Shown: positions 18,502 through 26,832, counted from the first letter of the stretch. The stretch: 64,000 nt of DNA from Elusimicrobia bacterium UBA5214 (GCA_002412545.1 DHVG01000002.1:241872-305871), one strand, 5' to 3'. Numbers and translations are program-made. The notes: generated by a model not told the origin, from the letters alone.

Positions 18502-19569
18502 TTAGTTTCCGGTTTTTGTCTCAAGAGACGGAGGACGCATCAGAGTAGTGAGAATATCGGCAAGAAAACGGAAAAATACTACCAGAAGATAGGTGGAAAG
18601 AATTAAAAGAATAGCAATGATAAAGGCAAGAATTACATCCTGGATGAGAAAGACGAAGAAAATTACCGGGATAGTAATCACGCCGGTAACTCCGAATAAC
18701 CAGGATAAGAAGACAAAAGAATTGACTACCCGTTCCATACCCCGATAGGGAGTGAGCACCATTTTTTGTCTGGGTGCGGCAGTCGGTAACGGATGTCCGC
18801 AGGAAACACAATACCAGAACTTTAGTTGATTCTGTTTACCACAAGAAGCACAAACCTTTTTCTCCAATTTCGGGTCTTCCCGACGATGAAAAATATATAG
18901 TTTTTCTATAATTCCAATAAAAAACCATAACACTGCTCCGACTAAACCGCCGGAGGCACCTTCTACCAATCGTTTAATTAGCCAGCCCTGGGGATTAAAT
19001 TGAATCAGGATTGAACCATAAAAAACCGACCCAAGAAAACCGCCAATACCGCCGCCAATCAGTCCGAATAAAACACCGGCAAATATTTTTTTCTTATTTC
19101 TTTCAATAATTCCACTGGTTGCACCAATAAAAGTACCACCGATTGCCCAGGTAGCAAAAATAGTTAAAGAAGAGAGAAAATCGCTGCTTTGGAAAATGTC
19201 CTTAAGCGGTAAATTAAGCACTCCGCCCAATGCACCACCAAGTGTCCCGAGGATTCCTCCCAAAAATGCTTTGTATGCCGATTCTTCAATAATTCCACTT
19301 ACTGTCCCCAAAAATACTCCACAAATCATCCCACCGAATAAATCTTTGACGATTGGGTTGATATTTTCTCCGACAATACGCATAATCACAAAAACGATTA
19401 TCCAGCCAATAAACCCGGAAGCAAATCCCGCCCAACTACGGCGCCAGACCCAGGAAAAATTTGTCGCCAGATGCACCAGCAGTTCACTTCTTTTATTGAG
19501 AAACATACCACAATGTCCACAATATTTGGCATCGTCTTCCATTAATCGTTCACAACTCGGACAATACAT
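18502..19569 (-). CDS. Zinc-ribbon membrane protein with Gly-rich TM segments
   Basis: N-terminal CPSC...CGHCG ribbon and a second CASC...CVSCGH ribbon. Several GxxxG-rich TM helices lie between and after them. Confidence 0.6.
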   Translation of the reverse strand: MYCPSCERLMEDDAKYCGHCGMFLNKRSELLVHLATNFSWVWRRSWAGFASGFIGWIIVFVIMRIVGENINPIVKDLFGGMICGVFLGTVSGIIEESAYKAFLGGILGTLGGALGGVLNLPLKDIFQSSDFLSSLTIFATWAIGGTFIGATSGIIERNKKKIFAGVLFGLIGGGIGGFLGSVFYGSILIQFNPQGWLIKRLVEGASGGLVGAVLWFFIGIIEKLYIFHRREDPKLEKKVCASCGKQNQLKFWYCVSCGHPLPTAAPRQKMVLTPYRGMERVVNSFVFLSWLFGVTGVITIPVIFFVFLIQDVILAFIIAILLILSTYLLVVFFRFLADILTTLMRPPSLETKTGN

Positions 19570-19608
19570 GGTTAATCCTCCTTTGAGGACCTTTTTAACG
19601 GTCTTTCT

Positions 19609-20610
19609 TTAACAAATTCGTGGTAGTTGTTCTCCGGTAAGCATATCCACAATCCGGTGCCCGCCAATTAAAGTTTTAAGGATTACTTTTTCCGGTGTTT
19701 CCACAATTTCACCGATAATCCGACTCTCTTTACCTAATTTATCTTTCTTCATTACCCGAAGAACTTTTTCTGCTGCTTCCGGAGAAACCACAATTACCGC
19801 TTTACCTTCGTTAGCGACATAAAGCGGGTCTAAACCAAGCAGTTCAGAAATACCTTTTACTTCATCTTTCACCGGGATATCTTCTTCACGGATTAAAATA
19901 CCTAAATTGGTTCTGGCAACGATTTCGTTTAAGGTAGTGGCTAAACCGCCGCGGGTCGGGTCACGCATAAACTTCGCCCCGTTAGATACCCCTAATATCT
20001 TTTCTACTAAACTCCATAAAGGTGCGCAGTCACTCTTTAAACTGAAAGTGACTTTCAGTTTCATCCGTTCGCTCATTACTGCAATGCCGTGGTCACCGAT
20101 TGAACCGTTGATGATGATTTTATCACCTTTTCTAATTCTATCGGTAGAGAGTACGCGATTATTTTTAATAATCCCGACTCCGGCAGTATTGATAAAAATT
20201 TTATCCGCTGAATTTTTCTCTACAACTTTAGTGTCACCGGTAACGATTTTGACATTGGCATTTTTCCCGGCTGCTTCCATTGAAGCAAGGATTTTATCTA
20301 AAATTTCCGTCTCCAACCCTTCTTCAAGGATTACTCCGCAGGAGAGATATAAAGGTTCTGCACCGACCATACTTAAATCGTTTACCGTACCGTAAATTGC
20401 CAGTTTACCGATATCACCACCCGGGAAAAAGATTGGTTTGACCACATAAGAATCAGTAGTAAAAGCAAACTTTTGTTTCCCGATACTAAATACCGCCGAA
20501 TCAGCGAGGGGGGATAAAAAAGGATTAGCGAACCTTTTCAGGATTTCCTGTTCAATCAGGTTATGCATTAATTTCCCGCCACTGCCGTGAGCTAATAGAA
20601 TTTTAGACAT
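19609..20610 (-). CDS. hypE: Hydrogenase maturation protein HypE
   Basis: AIR-synthase-like fold blocks and the diagnostic C-terminal PRIC. Confidence 0.93.
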   Translation of the reverse strand: MSKILLAHGSGGKLMHNLIEQEILKRFANPFLSPLADSAVFSIGKQKFAFTTDSYVVKPIFFPGGDIGKLAIYGTVNDLSMVGAEPLYLSCGVILEEGLETEILDKILASMEAAGKNANVKIVTGDTKVVEKNSADKIFINTAGVGIIKNNRVLSTDRIRKGDKIIINGSIGDHGIAVMSERMKLKVTFSLKSDCAPLWSLVEKILGVSNGAKFMRDPTRGGLATTLNEIVARTNLGILIREEDIPVKDEVKGISELLGLDPLYVANEGKAVIVVSPEAAEKVLRVMKKDKLGKESRIIGEIVETPEKVILKTLIGGHRIVDMLTGEQLPRIC

Positions 20611-20627
20611 TGTCGGATATCCTTTGA

Positions 20628-20981
20628 CTACACACTTAGACCAAGTTTTTTAAGTTCGGTTTCGCCTGAAGGAGTAAGATAATACTTAGCGTCTCTGCCT
20701 TTGCCTTCTTGTTTTAGCCATCCCTGTTTGATGCAATAAGCAAGAAAACCGCCACCAATGGCAAACGGGTTAACCGGTCTTTCTTCTGATTTACCGGTCA
20801 AAAAATGCGATATACTATGTTTCCGATGCCATTCCCGGTCTTCGGCTTCATTGATACCCATCTTCTTCATCAATTTCTTATGTTCTTTCGGTGTGATTTT
20901 AATTTTTTTCTTATGCCATTTCCGATGCTCTTTTTCAGTAATCCTCATCCCCCGATGTTTGATTTTCTTAGTCATTTTCAT
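20628..20981 (-). CDS. His/Lys-rich small protein with three EH.KWH.K-like repeats
   Basis: ITEKEHRKWHKKK / TPKEHKKLMKKMG / AEDREWHRKHS repeats, then a globular C-terminal half (NPFAIGGGFLAYCIKQGWL...YYLTPSGETELKKLG). RBS AGGAAG. Lies 17 nt upstream of hypE. Confidence 0.55.
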   Translation of the reverse strand: MKMTKKIKHRGMRITEKEHRKWHKKKIKITPKEHKKLMKKMGINEAEDREWHRKHSISHFLTGKSEERPVNPFAIGGGFLAYCIKQGWLKQEGKGRDAKYYLTPSGETELKKLGLSV

Positions 20982-21194
20982 ATCTTCCTTACAAATTTCC
21001 TAAAATCAACTATTCCCCACCTCTTTCGGAGACAACCGAGGAGGTAGTCGGCAGGTCACCGATGAGGCGACAATTTATCCCTTAACTTCCTGCCGGTTTT
21101 TACCTAACGTTCTTGAGCTTTATGAAGTGGTACTTTGGCACCATTTAAAGGAGCTTTAATTCTTCATGAAGCCTTTGTTATGCGAAGGGCGAAT

Positions 21195-21932
21195 CTATAC
21201 AATTTTTTTGAATATTTCCTCCTCTCCAAAAGTATATATATTTTCTGTTTTTAATCGATGCAGCACATCTTCTTTTTTTACTTCTTTAAAAGTAACAATT
21301 TTTATTTTTAAGACAAAAATATTTATCATTTCTTTATTAAAATGTAATATTTTTATAGAGTTTCCTAATTTCTTTATAAATTCTTCCATAGCATCGGATG
21401 TATTATCATCATAGAAAATTTGGTAGATTACAAATGCAAACCTAGGTTTATCATAACAAGCGGATGCAATTCTATGTAGTAACTGATACGGAAAAGTATT
21501 TAGTTTTTCAAGATAAACAGGTTCTTTGGGTTCTAAAAAAGGGGTAATTATGTCAATCCAATGGGTAATTACATTCTTTTTATTTTCTGTTGAATCATTC
21601 CATTCTTCTATTGTTTCGTATTTATGCTCAACCTCTGTGTATTTACCTTCAATAGCTATTTTAAAATTATTTCCAATAATCATAATATCAGTCATTGAGC
21701 ATTTATTTGATTTATATGATCTCGTAGGATATTCATAACAAATTTTAATTTTGTCAGAGGTTAACCCTAATTTTTCAAAAAGATAATTTATACATTTGTC
21801 GGTATTTTTCCAATATTGCAAAAGAGGTATTGTCGATGTCTGGATAGAGTTTATTCCTGACAATGAATATTGATCAATTATTTCGGAGAATTCTTGAGAC
21901 TTTGGATTACCATAAAATTGTTCAATTACCAT
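21195..21932 (-). CDS. PD-(D/E)xK nuclease-like hypothetical protein
   Basis: YEYP...SMTDIMIIGNNFKIAIEGKYTE gives an E ... D ... E.K arrangement typical of restriction-endonuclease-fold proteins. Markedly AT-rich. It interrupts the hypD-hypE interval. Confidence 0.45.
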   Translation of the reverse strand: MVIEQFYGNPKSQEFSEIIDQYSLSGINSIQTSTIPLLQYWKNTDKCINYLFEKLGLTSDKIKICYEYPTRSYKSNKCSMTDIMIIGNNFKIAIEGKYTEVEHKYETIEEWNDSTENKKNVITHWIDIITPFLEPKEPVYLEKLNTFPYQLLHRIASACYDKPRFAFVIYQIFYDDNTSDAMEEFIKKLGNSIKILHFNKEMINIFVLKIKIVTFKEVKKEDVLHRLKTENIYTFGEEEIFKKIV

Positions 21933-22024
21933 TTTTTCTATTCGCCTTTCACATAACTACCAATAACCGTATTATTGCGATTATCCTTCCAATTGGTGTC
22001 ATATCCGCAATACCGTGTCTATTT

Positions 22025-23113
22025 TTATGTTCTTCCATATTTGTAATATGCCGCACAGGTGCCTTCGGAGGAGACCATGCAGGCACCGACCGGTTTTTCC
22101 GGGGTGCAGACCTTAGCAAAAAGCGGACATTCAAAAGGTGTCTTCAGTCCTTGCAAGACCTTACCACAGAGACAGCCGGGATTTTCTTTTGTTCTTTCCG
22201 CTTCTACCGGTAAATTTTCTTCAATATCAAATTCGCGATATTTGTCACTTAGTTGGTAACCGCTTTTCGGAATTACTCCAATCCCGCGCCAGTCCGAATC
22301 GGTTACCGCAAAAACTTCATTCAATAAAGAAACGGCTTTAGGGTTGCCTTCCGGTTGGACTGAACGGGTATATTGAATCTCAATCTTTGCTTCCTCATTA
22401 GTGACTTGTTTAACTAACATATAGATTCCTTGGAGAATGTCTAAAGGTTCAAAACCAACGATTACACCGGGAACCTTGTATTTCTTGGCAATAAATTCGT
22501 AAGGTCGTGAACCGATAATCGTGCTTACATGCCCGGGCAAAAGGAATCCTTCCACTTTTAACTCTTTAGTATTGACCAACGCTTCCAATGCCGGGGGAAC
22601 AATCTTGTGTCCACAAAGCACATAAAAATTTTTTATATTTTTCTTTTTTGCCTGGACAATAGCTGCGGCAATCGTCGGCGAGGTGGTCTCAAAACCGACG
22701 GCTAAGAAAACAATTTTTTTCTTCGGATTATTCTCGGCAATTTCTAATGCTTCTAAAGTGGAATAAACTACCCGGATATCCGCACCGTCAGCTTTTTCTT
22801 TCTCTAAACTGGAACTTGAACCGGGAACACGGAGCATATCACCGAAAGTAACGATAATCACATCTTTGAGTCGTGCGTAGGCAATTGCTTTATCCAGATA
22901 ATAATTTGGTGTAACACAGACTGGACATCCCGGACCGGAAAGGAGATGTAAATTTTCCGGTAGCAAAGATTTTATCCCGGAACGAAAAATTGCTACGGTA
23001 TGGGTTCCACAGACCTCCATCAGAACAATTTTTCTTTTGCCAACTGTTCGGTCAATCTTTTTTGCTAAATTTTGAGCTAACTGGTTATTCCGAAATTCGT
23101 CAATATATTTCAT
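22025..23113 (-). CDS. hypD: Hydrogenase maturation protein HypD
   Basis: MKYIDEFR N-terminus plus the CGTHT and GPGCPVCV motifs. Confidence 0.95.
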   Translation of the reverse strand: MKYIDEFRNNQLAQNLAKKIDRTVGKRKIVLMEVCGTHTVAIFRSGIKSLLPENLHLLSGPGCPVCVTPNYYLDKAIAYARLKDVIIVTFGDMLRVPGSSSSLEKEKADGADIRVVYSTLEALEIAENNPKKKIVFLAVGFETTSPTIAAAIVQAKKKNIKNFYVLCGHKIVPPALEALVNTKELKVEGFLLPGHVSTIIGSRPYEFIAKKYKVPGVIVGFEPLDILQGIYMLVKQVTNEEAKIEIQYTRSVQPEGNPKAVSLLNEVFAVTDSDWRGIGVIPKSGYQLSDKYREFDIEENLPVEAERTKENPGCLCGKVLQGLKTPFECPLFAKVCTPEKPVGACMVSSEGTCAAYYKYGRT

Positions 23114-23125
23114 ATTCTATAACAA

Positions 23126-23200
23126 GATTCCAGCGATTTTGAGGGGCGATTCCAGCGATTTATTTATCACCGTAATCGGTGACTTTATCACTGTAATCAA
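23126..23200. repeat. Heptamer dyad array (GATTCCAGCGATT ... ATCACTGTAATC words)
   Basis: Same word family as 45988-46079 and 48218-48340. Confidence 0.7.
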
Positions 23201-23208
23201 ACGTAAAT

Positions 23209-23430
23209 TTACGTAAGAGTTTCACCCCATTGGCGCATTAGTTGTAAGGTTTCTTCCGCTTGTTTTTTGTCTAATTTCTGGATTGCATAGCCAGCGTGGA
23301 CGATGACATAATCACCGACTTTGATGCCACTGACTAAAGTTAAACCGACTTGCCTTTTCGCTCCACCGACTTCAGCGACTGCAAGGTCATCTTTAATTTT
23401 CAAAATTTTCATTGGGATACCGAGACACAT
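23209..23430 (-). CDS. hypC: Hydrogenase maturation chaperone HypC
   Basis: The canonical N-terminus MCLGIPMKI starts at ATG 23430. The 14 extra residues in the ORF track translate the upstream repeat element. Confidence 0.9.
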   Translation of the reverse strand: MCLGIPMKILKIKDDLAVAEVGGAKRQVGLTLVSGIKVGDYVIVHAGYAIQKLDKKQAEETLQLMRQWGETLT

Positions 23431-23930
23431 CTTAATACCTCCTAGTACCAAGCACCAAATTCCAAGTTCCAAATAGCAAACAATAGTTAAATATCAAATA
23501 CAAAATGTCAAACTTATTTTGTTTTCTCAAGAATTTTACTAAATATTTTTATAAACTCACTTGCTTCTTTAATTAGTAATTCTCTCTCTGTTTCATCATT
23601 GTTATCCTTTATCTCCACCAATTTTAACCAGTATCTGCTTTCCTTAGATTCTTTTCGACATATCTTTATTCGCAAGGCAAAATCTTTTTTGCTTAATGCT
23701 TCATTTGCTTCAATATAATTTGCACCAACTGAACCAGATGCTATTTCAATATTAGCCATTGTTTTAGGCAGTTTCTTTGTAAATTCTATTACTCGTTTTG
23801 CGAACTCAAATGTTCTTTCTTCAAGGTCATAATGTTTTGAATTTGCAATTTGAACATTAGATATTGTTTGGGATTTGGAGTTTGGAGCTTGCAATTTACT
23901 GTTGTTAATTATATTCACAGTTGTATTTTT
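23431..23930 (-). mobile_element. Palindromic repeat element carrying the four-helix-bundle gene as cargo (candidate)
   Basis: Flank 23440-23513 (CCAAATTCCAAGTTCCAAATAGCAAACAAT...) and flank 23835-23925 (GTTTTGAATTTGCAATTTGA...TTGGGATTTGGAGTTTGGAG) are mutually complementary in word content. Both flanks recur without the ORF at 33690-33876. Confidence 0.45.
23514..23918 (-). CDS. Four-helix-bundle protein (23S rRNA intervening-sequence protein / Avd-like family)
   Basis: YDLEERTFEFAKRVIEFTKKLP...SGSVGANYIEANEALSKKDFALRIKICRKESKESRYWLKLV matches the family pattern. The first ~30 codons translate low-complexity repeat DNA. Confidence 0.8.
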   Translation of the reverse strand: MNIINNSKLQAPNSKSQTISNVQIANSKHYDLEERTFEFAKRVIEFTKKLPKTMANIEIASGSVGANYIEANEALSKKDFALRIKICRKESKESRYWLKLVEIKDNNDETERELLIKEASEFIKIFSKILEKTK

Positions 23931-26312
23931 TCATCGCTGATATCGCTTTATATTGAAGTGGGCGATGATTGCTTGGCCGAGAGAGACACCCCCGTCATTA
24001 CAAGGAACTTTTTTCTGGTAGTAAACCTTGAAATTATTTTTCTCTAAAAGAGCAACTGTTCTTTTCATTAAGTATAAATTCTGGAATACCCCACCGCTTA
24101 AGCAAACAGTATTTATTCCTCTATTTTGCAATATTTTTTTACAAAGTTCAAGAATAACCTGAGCAATGGTATTATGGAATCTTGCGGAAATTATTCCTTT
24201 ACTTGTTCCTCTCTTGAGGTGATTACCTCTCAAGTCATCTAAGACACAGGCAAAAATTGATAATTGGTCAAGAATGTATTTGCCATCAATAGATTTTATT
24301 TCAAATGGGTAACTACCCTCTTCTTTTTCATCAGTAACCATTTCTAATTCCATTGCTGCTTGGGCATCATAGTTTACTTCTTTTCTTATCCCTAAAAGAG
24401 CCGAGACCGCATCAAAAAATCGTCCACAACTGGATGTAAGCGGGGAATTAAAACCGCTTTTTAATTGAGCAATGGTTGCTTGGATTTCGTTTTCTTTTAA
24501 CCCTTTGCCTAGTGTTTCGGGTAAAGGTTCATTCAAACTATGCAGATAAGCAATGGCTATGCGGTAAGGTTTTTTGATTGCCAGTTCACCACCGGGCAGA
24601 GGTAGATAGGAAAAATGTCCTACGCGTTCAAAATCTTCGTAGTCGGCGAGAAGGAATTCGCCACCCCAGATTTTACCATCAGTTCCGTAACCGGTGCCGT
24701 CAAAAGCAACTCCGATGACTTTGGAATTAGGTAATTCATTTTCCAGCATACAACTGGCGATATGAGCGTGATGGTGCTGGACAGCAACAGTAGCGAGTAG
24801 CGAGTAGAGAGTAGAGAGTTCTAAAGCGTATTTGGTGGAGAAGTAGTCCGGATGGAGGTCGTAGGCGATAATTTTTGGGTTGACCCGAAAAAGTTTTTTG
24901 TAAAGTTTTAAAGTATTCTCAAAATGTTCCAGTGTTTCTAAATTTTCCATATCCCCGATATGTTGGCTGATGAAGGCATATTTTTCTTTGGTCAGACAGA
25001 AAGTATTTTTCAAGTCCGGACCAGTAGCAAGAATTTCTTCTACTTTAAAAGGCAGGCGTATGGGGTAAGGAGCATAACTTCTTGCCCGACGCAGAATTTG
25101 TGCCCCGTGATTAAAGACTCGGGTTACTGAATCATCGTATCTTGAATAAATATCACGGTTATGAAGCAGAAAATAGTCGGCAATGTTTTTTAACCGTCTT
25201 AATGCTTCTTCGTTTTCCATGGCGATTGGTTCTTCGCTGAGATTACCGCTGGTCATTACTAAACAATTGGTAATTGGTGATTGGTAATTGGTAATTGGGT
25301 GAAACAACAGATGGTGGAGGGGAGTGTAGGGGAGCATTACTCCTTGATATTTCTGGTAAGGAGCGACAAATCTGGAAATAGAAGAACCAGCTTTTTCTCC
25401 GAGTAAAACAATTGGTCGTTGGGGAGAAAGCAGTAATTTTGTTTCTTCCGCGGAAAGAAAACAATATTTTTTTATCGTTTCCAAGTCCGGCATCATTAAA
25501 GCGAATGGTTTATCCCGGCGCAGTTTTCTTTTCCGTAATTCTTTTACTGCCCGGTCATTAAGGGCATCACAAGCAAGATGGAATCCGCCTAATCCTTTAA
25601 GTGCAACAATTTTTCCCTCTTTAAGTAATTTGATTGTTTTCTCAATTGCCTTCTCACCTTTTATTGGCTCAATAAATTGAGCCGCTACATTATTTTTTTC
25701 ACCTTTTCCTAAACTCTTAGCCCTTAGCTCTAAGTTCTGAACTAATTCTACTTCCGGTCCACATTGCGGGCAAGCGTTAGGTTGGGCATGAAAACGCCGA
25801 TTTGCCGGGTCATCATATTCTTCTTGACATTCCGGACACATTTTAAAAGAACGCATTGTCGTTTTCGGTCGGTCGTAAGGTATATCTTCAATAATTGTGA
25901 ACCGTGGACCACAATTGGTACAATTGATGAAAGGGTAACGGTAGCGCCGGTCTTTTGGGTCAAAAAGTTCTTTTAAACAGTCATTACAGGTAGCAATATC
26001 CGGTGAGACGGGCTGGAATTCTTTTTCTATAGCGATACTTTCTTTGATTACAAAATTTATGTAGTTTTTCGGTTTAATATTTTCAACTGCTATGGAATCA
26101 ATTTTTGCTGCCGGTGGGGGAGATGTCTTTAATTCCTTAAGAAATGATTCCAGCGATTTTTTTTCTCCCACGATTTCAAAGATTACCCCTTGAGAAGTGT
26201 TACATACCCAACCTTTAAGATTATTTTTTTTCGCAATTCGGTAAACGAAGGGACGGAATCCGACACCCTGAACAATACCTTTTACCGTTATTCTCTGATA
26301 CTTCCTATTCAT
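23931..26312 (-). CDS. hypF: Carbamoyltransferase HypF
   Basis: Acylphosphatase-like N-terminus (VKGIVQGVGFRPFVY), two CxxC...CxxC zinc-finger pairs, YrdC-like and Kae1-like domains, and VQHHHAHIAS. Confidence 0.95.
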   Translation of the reverse strand: MNRKYQRITVKGIVQGVGFRPFVYRIAKKNNLKGWVCNTSQGVIFEIVGEKKSLESFLKELKTSPPPAAKIDSIAVENIKPKNYINFVIKESIAIEKEFQPVSPDIATCNDCLKELFDPKDRRYRYPFINCTNCGPRFTIIEDIPYDRPKTTMRSFKMCPECQEEYDDPANRRFHAQPNACPQCGPEVELVQNLELRAKSLGKGEKNNVAAQFIEPIKGEKAIEKTIKLLKEGKIVALKGLGGFHLACDALNDRAVKELRKRKLRRDKPFALMMPDLETIKKYCFLSAEETKLLLSPQRPIVLLGEKAGSSISRFVAPYQKYQGVMLPYTPLHHLLFHPITNYQSPITNCLVMTSGNLSEEPIAMENEEALRRLKNIADYFLLHNRDIYSRYDDSVTRVFNHGAQILRRARSYAPYPIRLPFKVEEILATGPDLKNTFCLTKEKYAFISQHIGDMENLETLEHFENTLKLYKKLFRVNPKIIAYDLHPDYFSTKYALELSTLYSLLATVAVQHHHAHIASCMLENELPNSKVIGVAFDGTGYGTDGKIWGGEFLLADYEDFERVGHFSYLPLPGGELAIKKPYRIAIAYLHSLNEPLPETLGKGLKENEIQATIAQLKSGFNSPLTSSCGRFFDAVSALLGIRKEVNYDAQAAMELEMVTDEKEEGSYPFEIKSIDGKYILDQLSIFACVLDDLRGNHLKRGTSKGIISARFHNTIAQVILELCKKILQNRGINTVCLSGGVFQNLYLMKRTVALLEKNNFKVYYQKKVPCNDGGVSLGQAIIAHFNIKRYQR
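24789..24818. repeat. In-frame heptamer array AGTAGCG x2, AGTAGAG x2 inside hypF
   Basis: Encodes LSTLYSLLAT just before the conserved VQHHHAH. Same word family as the reverse complement of 10208-10238. Confidence 0.7.
25267..25301. repeat. In-frame heptamer array TTGGTAA/TTGGTGA x5 inside hypF
   Basis: Encodes PITNYQSPITN. A 33-nt stretch is identical except for one base to 32325-32357 in an unrelated gene. Confidence 0.8.
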
Positions 26313-26457
26313 CTAATTTTAAAATTACAAATCCCAAATTCCAAACAATTTCTAAATTCAAATGTTCAAGATCCCAAACTATTTTGATCATTTAAGTTTA
26401 AACTACTCAAATTTATTTGGAATTTGGTGCTTGAGATTTAGGATTTGCTTTCGCGGG
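26313..26457. repeat. ORF-less palindromic AATTCCAAA/TTTGGAATT element between hypF and hypA
   Basis: Shares CAAATTCCAAACAATTTCTAAATTCAAATGTTC with 10948-10990 and ATTTGGTGCTTG with 33850-33862. Confidence 0.65.
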
Positions 26458-26802
26458 TTAATCTTCACCTTCAAGATGGTCAATATATATTTCGGTGCCA
26501 GCAATAATTTCTAAATTTTCATTTCCGCAGGAATTACATTTTGCTACGGTAATATTTTCATATTCTTGGTTACATTTTGGACAACGGAAACGGACTTTTT
26601 CTTGAACGATTTCCAATTCCGCCCCTTCAGCTAATGTTCCCGGGAAACGATGGTCAATTAAACTATGTTCAAGCAGTTCTTCTTCTACACCTGCTTGTTC
26701 ACCAACCTTTATTCTAATTTTGGTAATTTTCTTCAGGTTATTTTTCTTCGCCAGTTCTTCAATATTTTTAAATATTTCTTCGGCAAGACCTAATTCGTGC
26801 AT
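26458..26802 (-). CDS. hypA: Hydrogenase nickel-insertion protein HypA
   Basis: MHE N-terminus and CPKC...CNSCG zinc site. Starts 30 nt after the nuoN stop. Confidence 0.92.
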   Translation of the reverse strand: MHELGLAEEIFKNIEELAKKNNLKKITKIRIKVGEQAGVEEELLEHSLIDHRFPGTLAEGAELEIVQEKVRFRCPKCNQEYENITVAKCNSCGNENLEIIAGTEIYIDHLEGED

Positions 26803-26832
26803 TGGAGATTTTTACCTTTTGTAATGATATTT

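Noticed and set aside
21017-21095. Assignment of the structured leader to SRP RNA or a known riboswitch class (cobalamin, TPP, NiCo, Moco)
   Set aside because: I could not find the conserved cores from memory, such as the GGAA/AGCA SRP domain IV, the B12 box or CUGAGA. It is kept only as an unclassified candidate.
23431-23472. 14-codon N-terminal extension of hypC (MELGIWCLVLGGIK)
   Set aside because: HypC proteins start with MC(L/I)..P. The extension translates repeat DNA.
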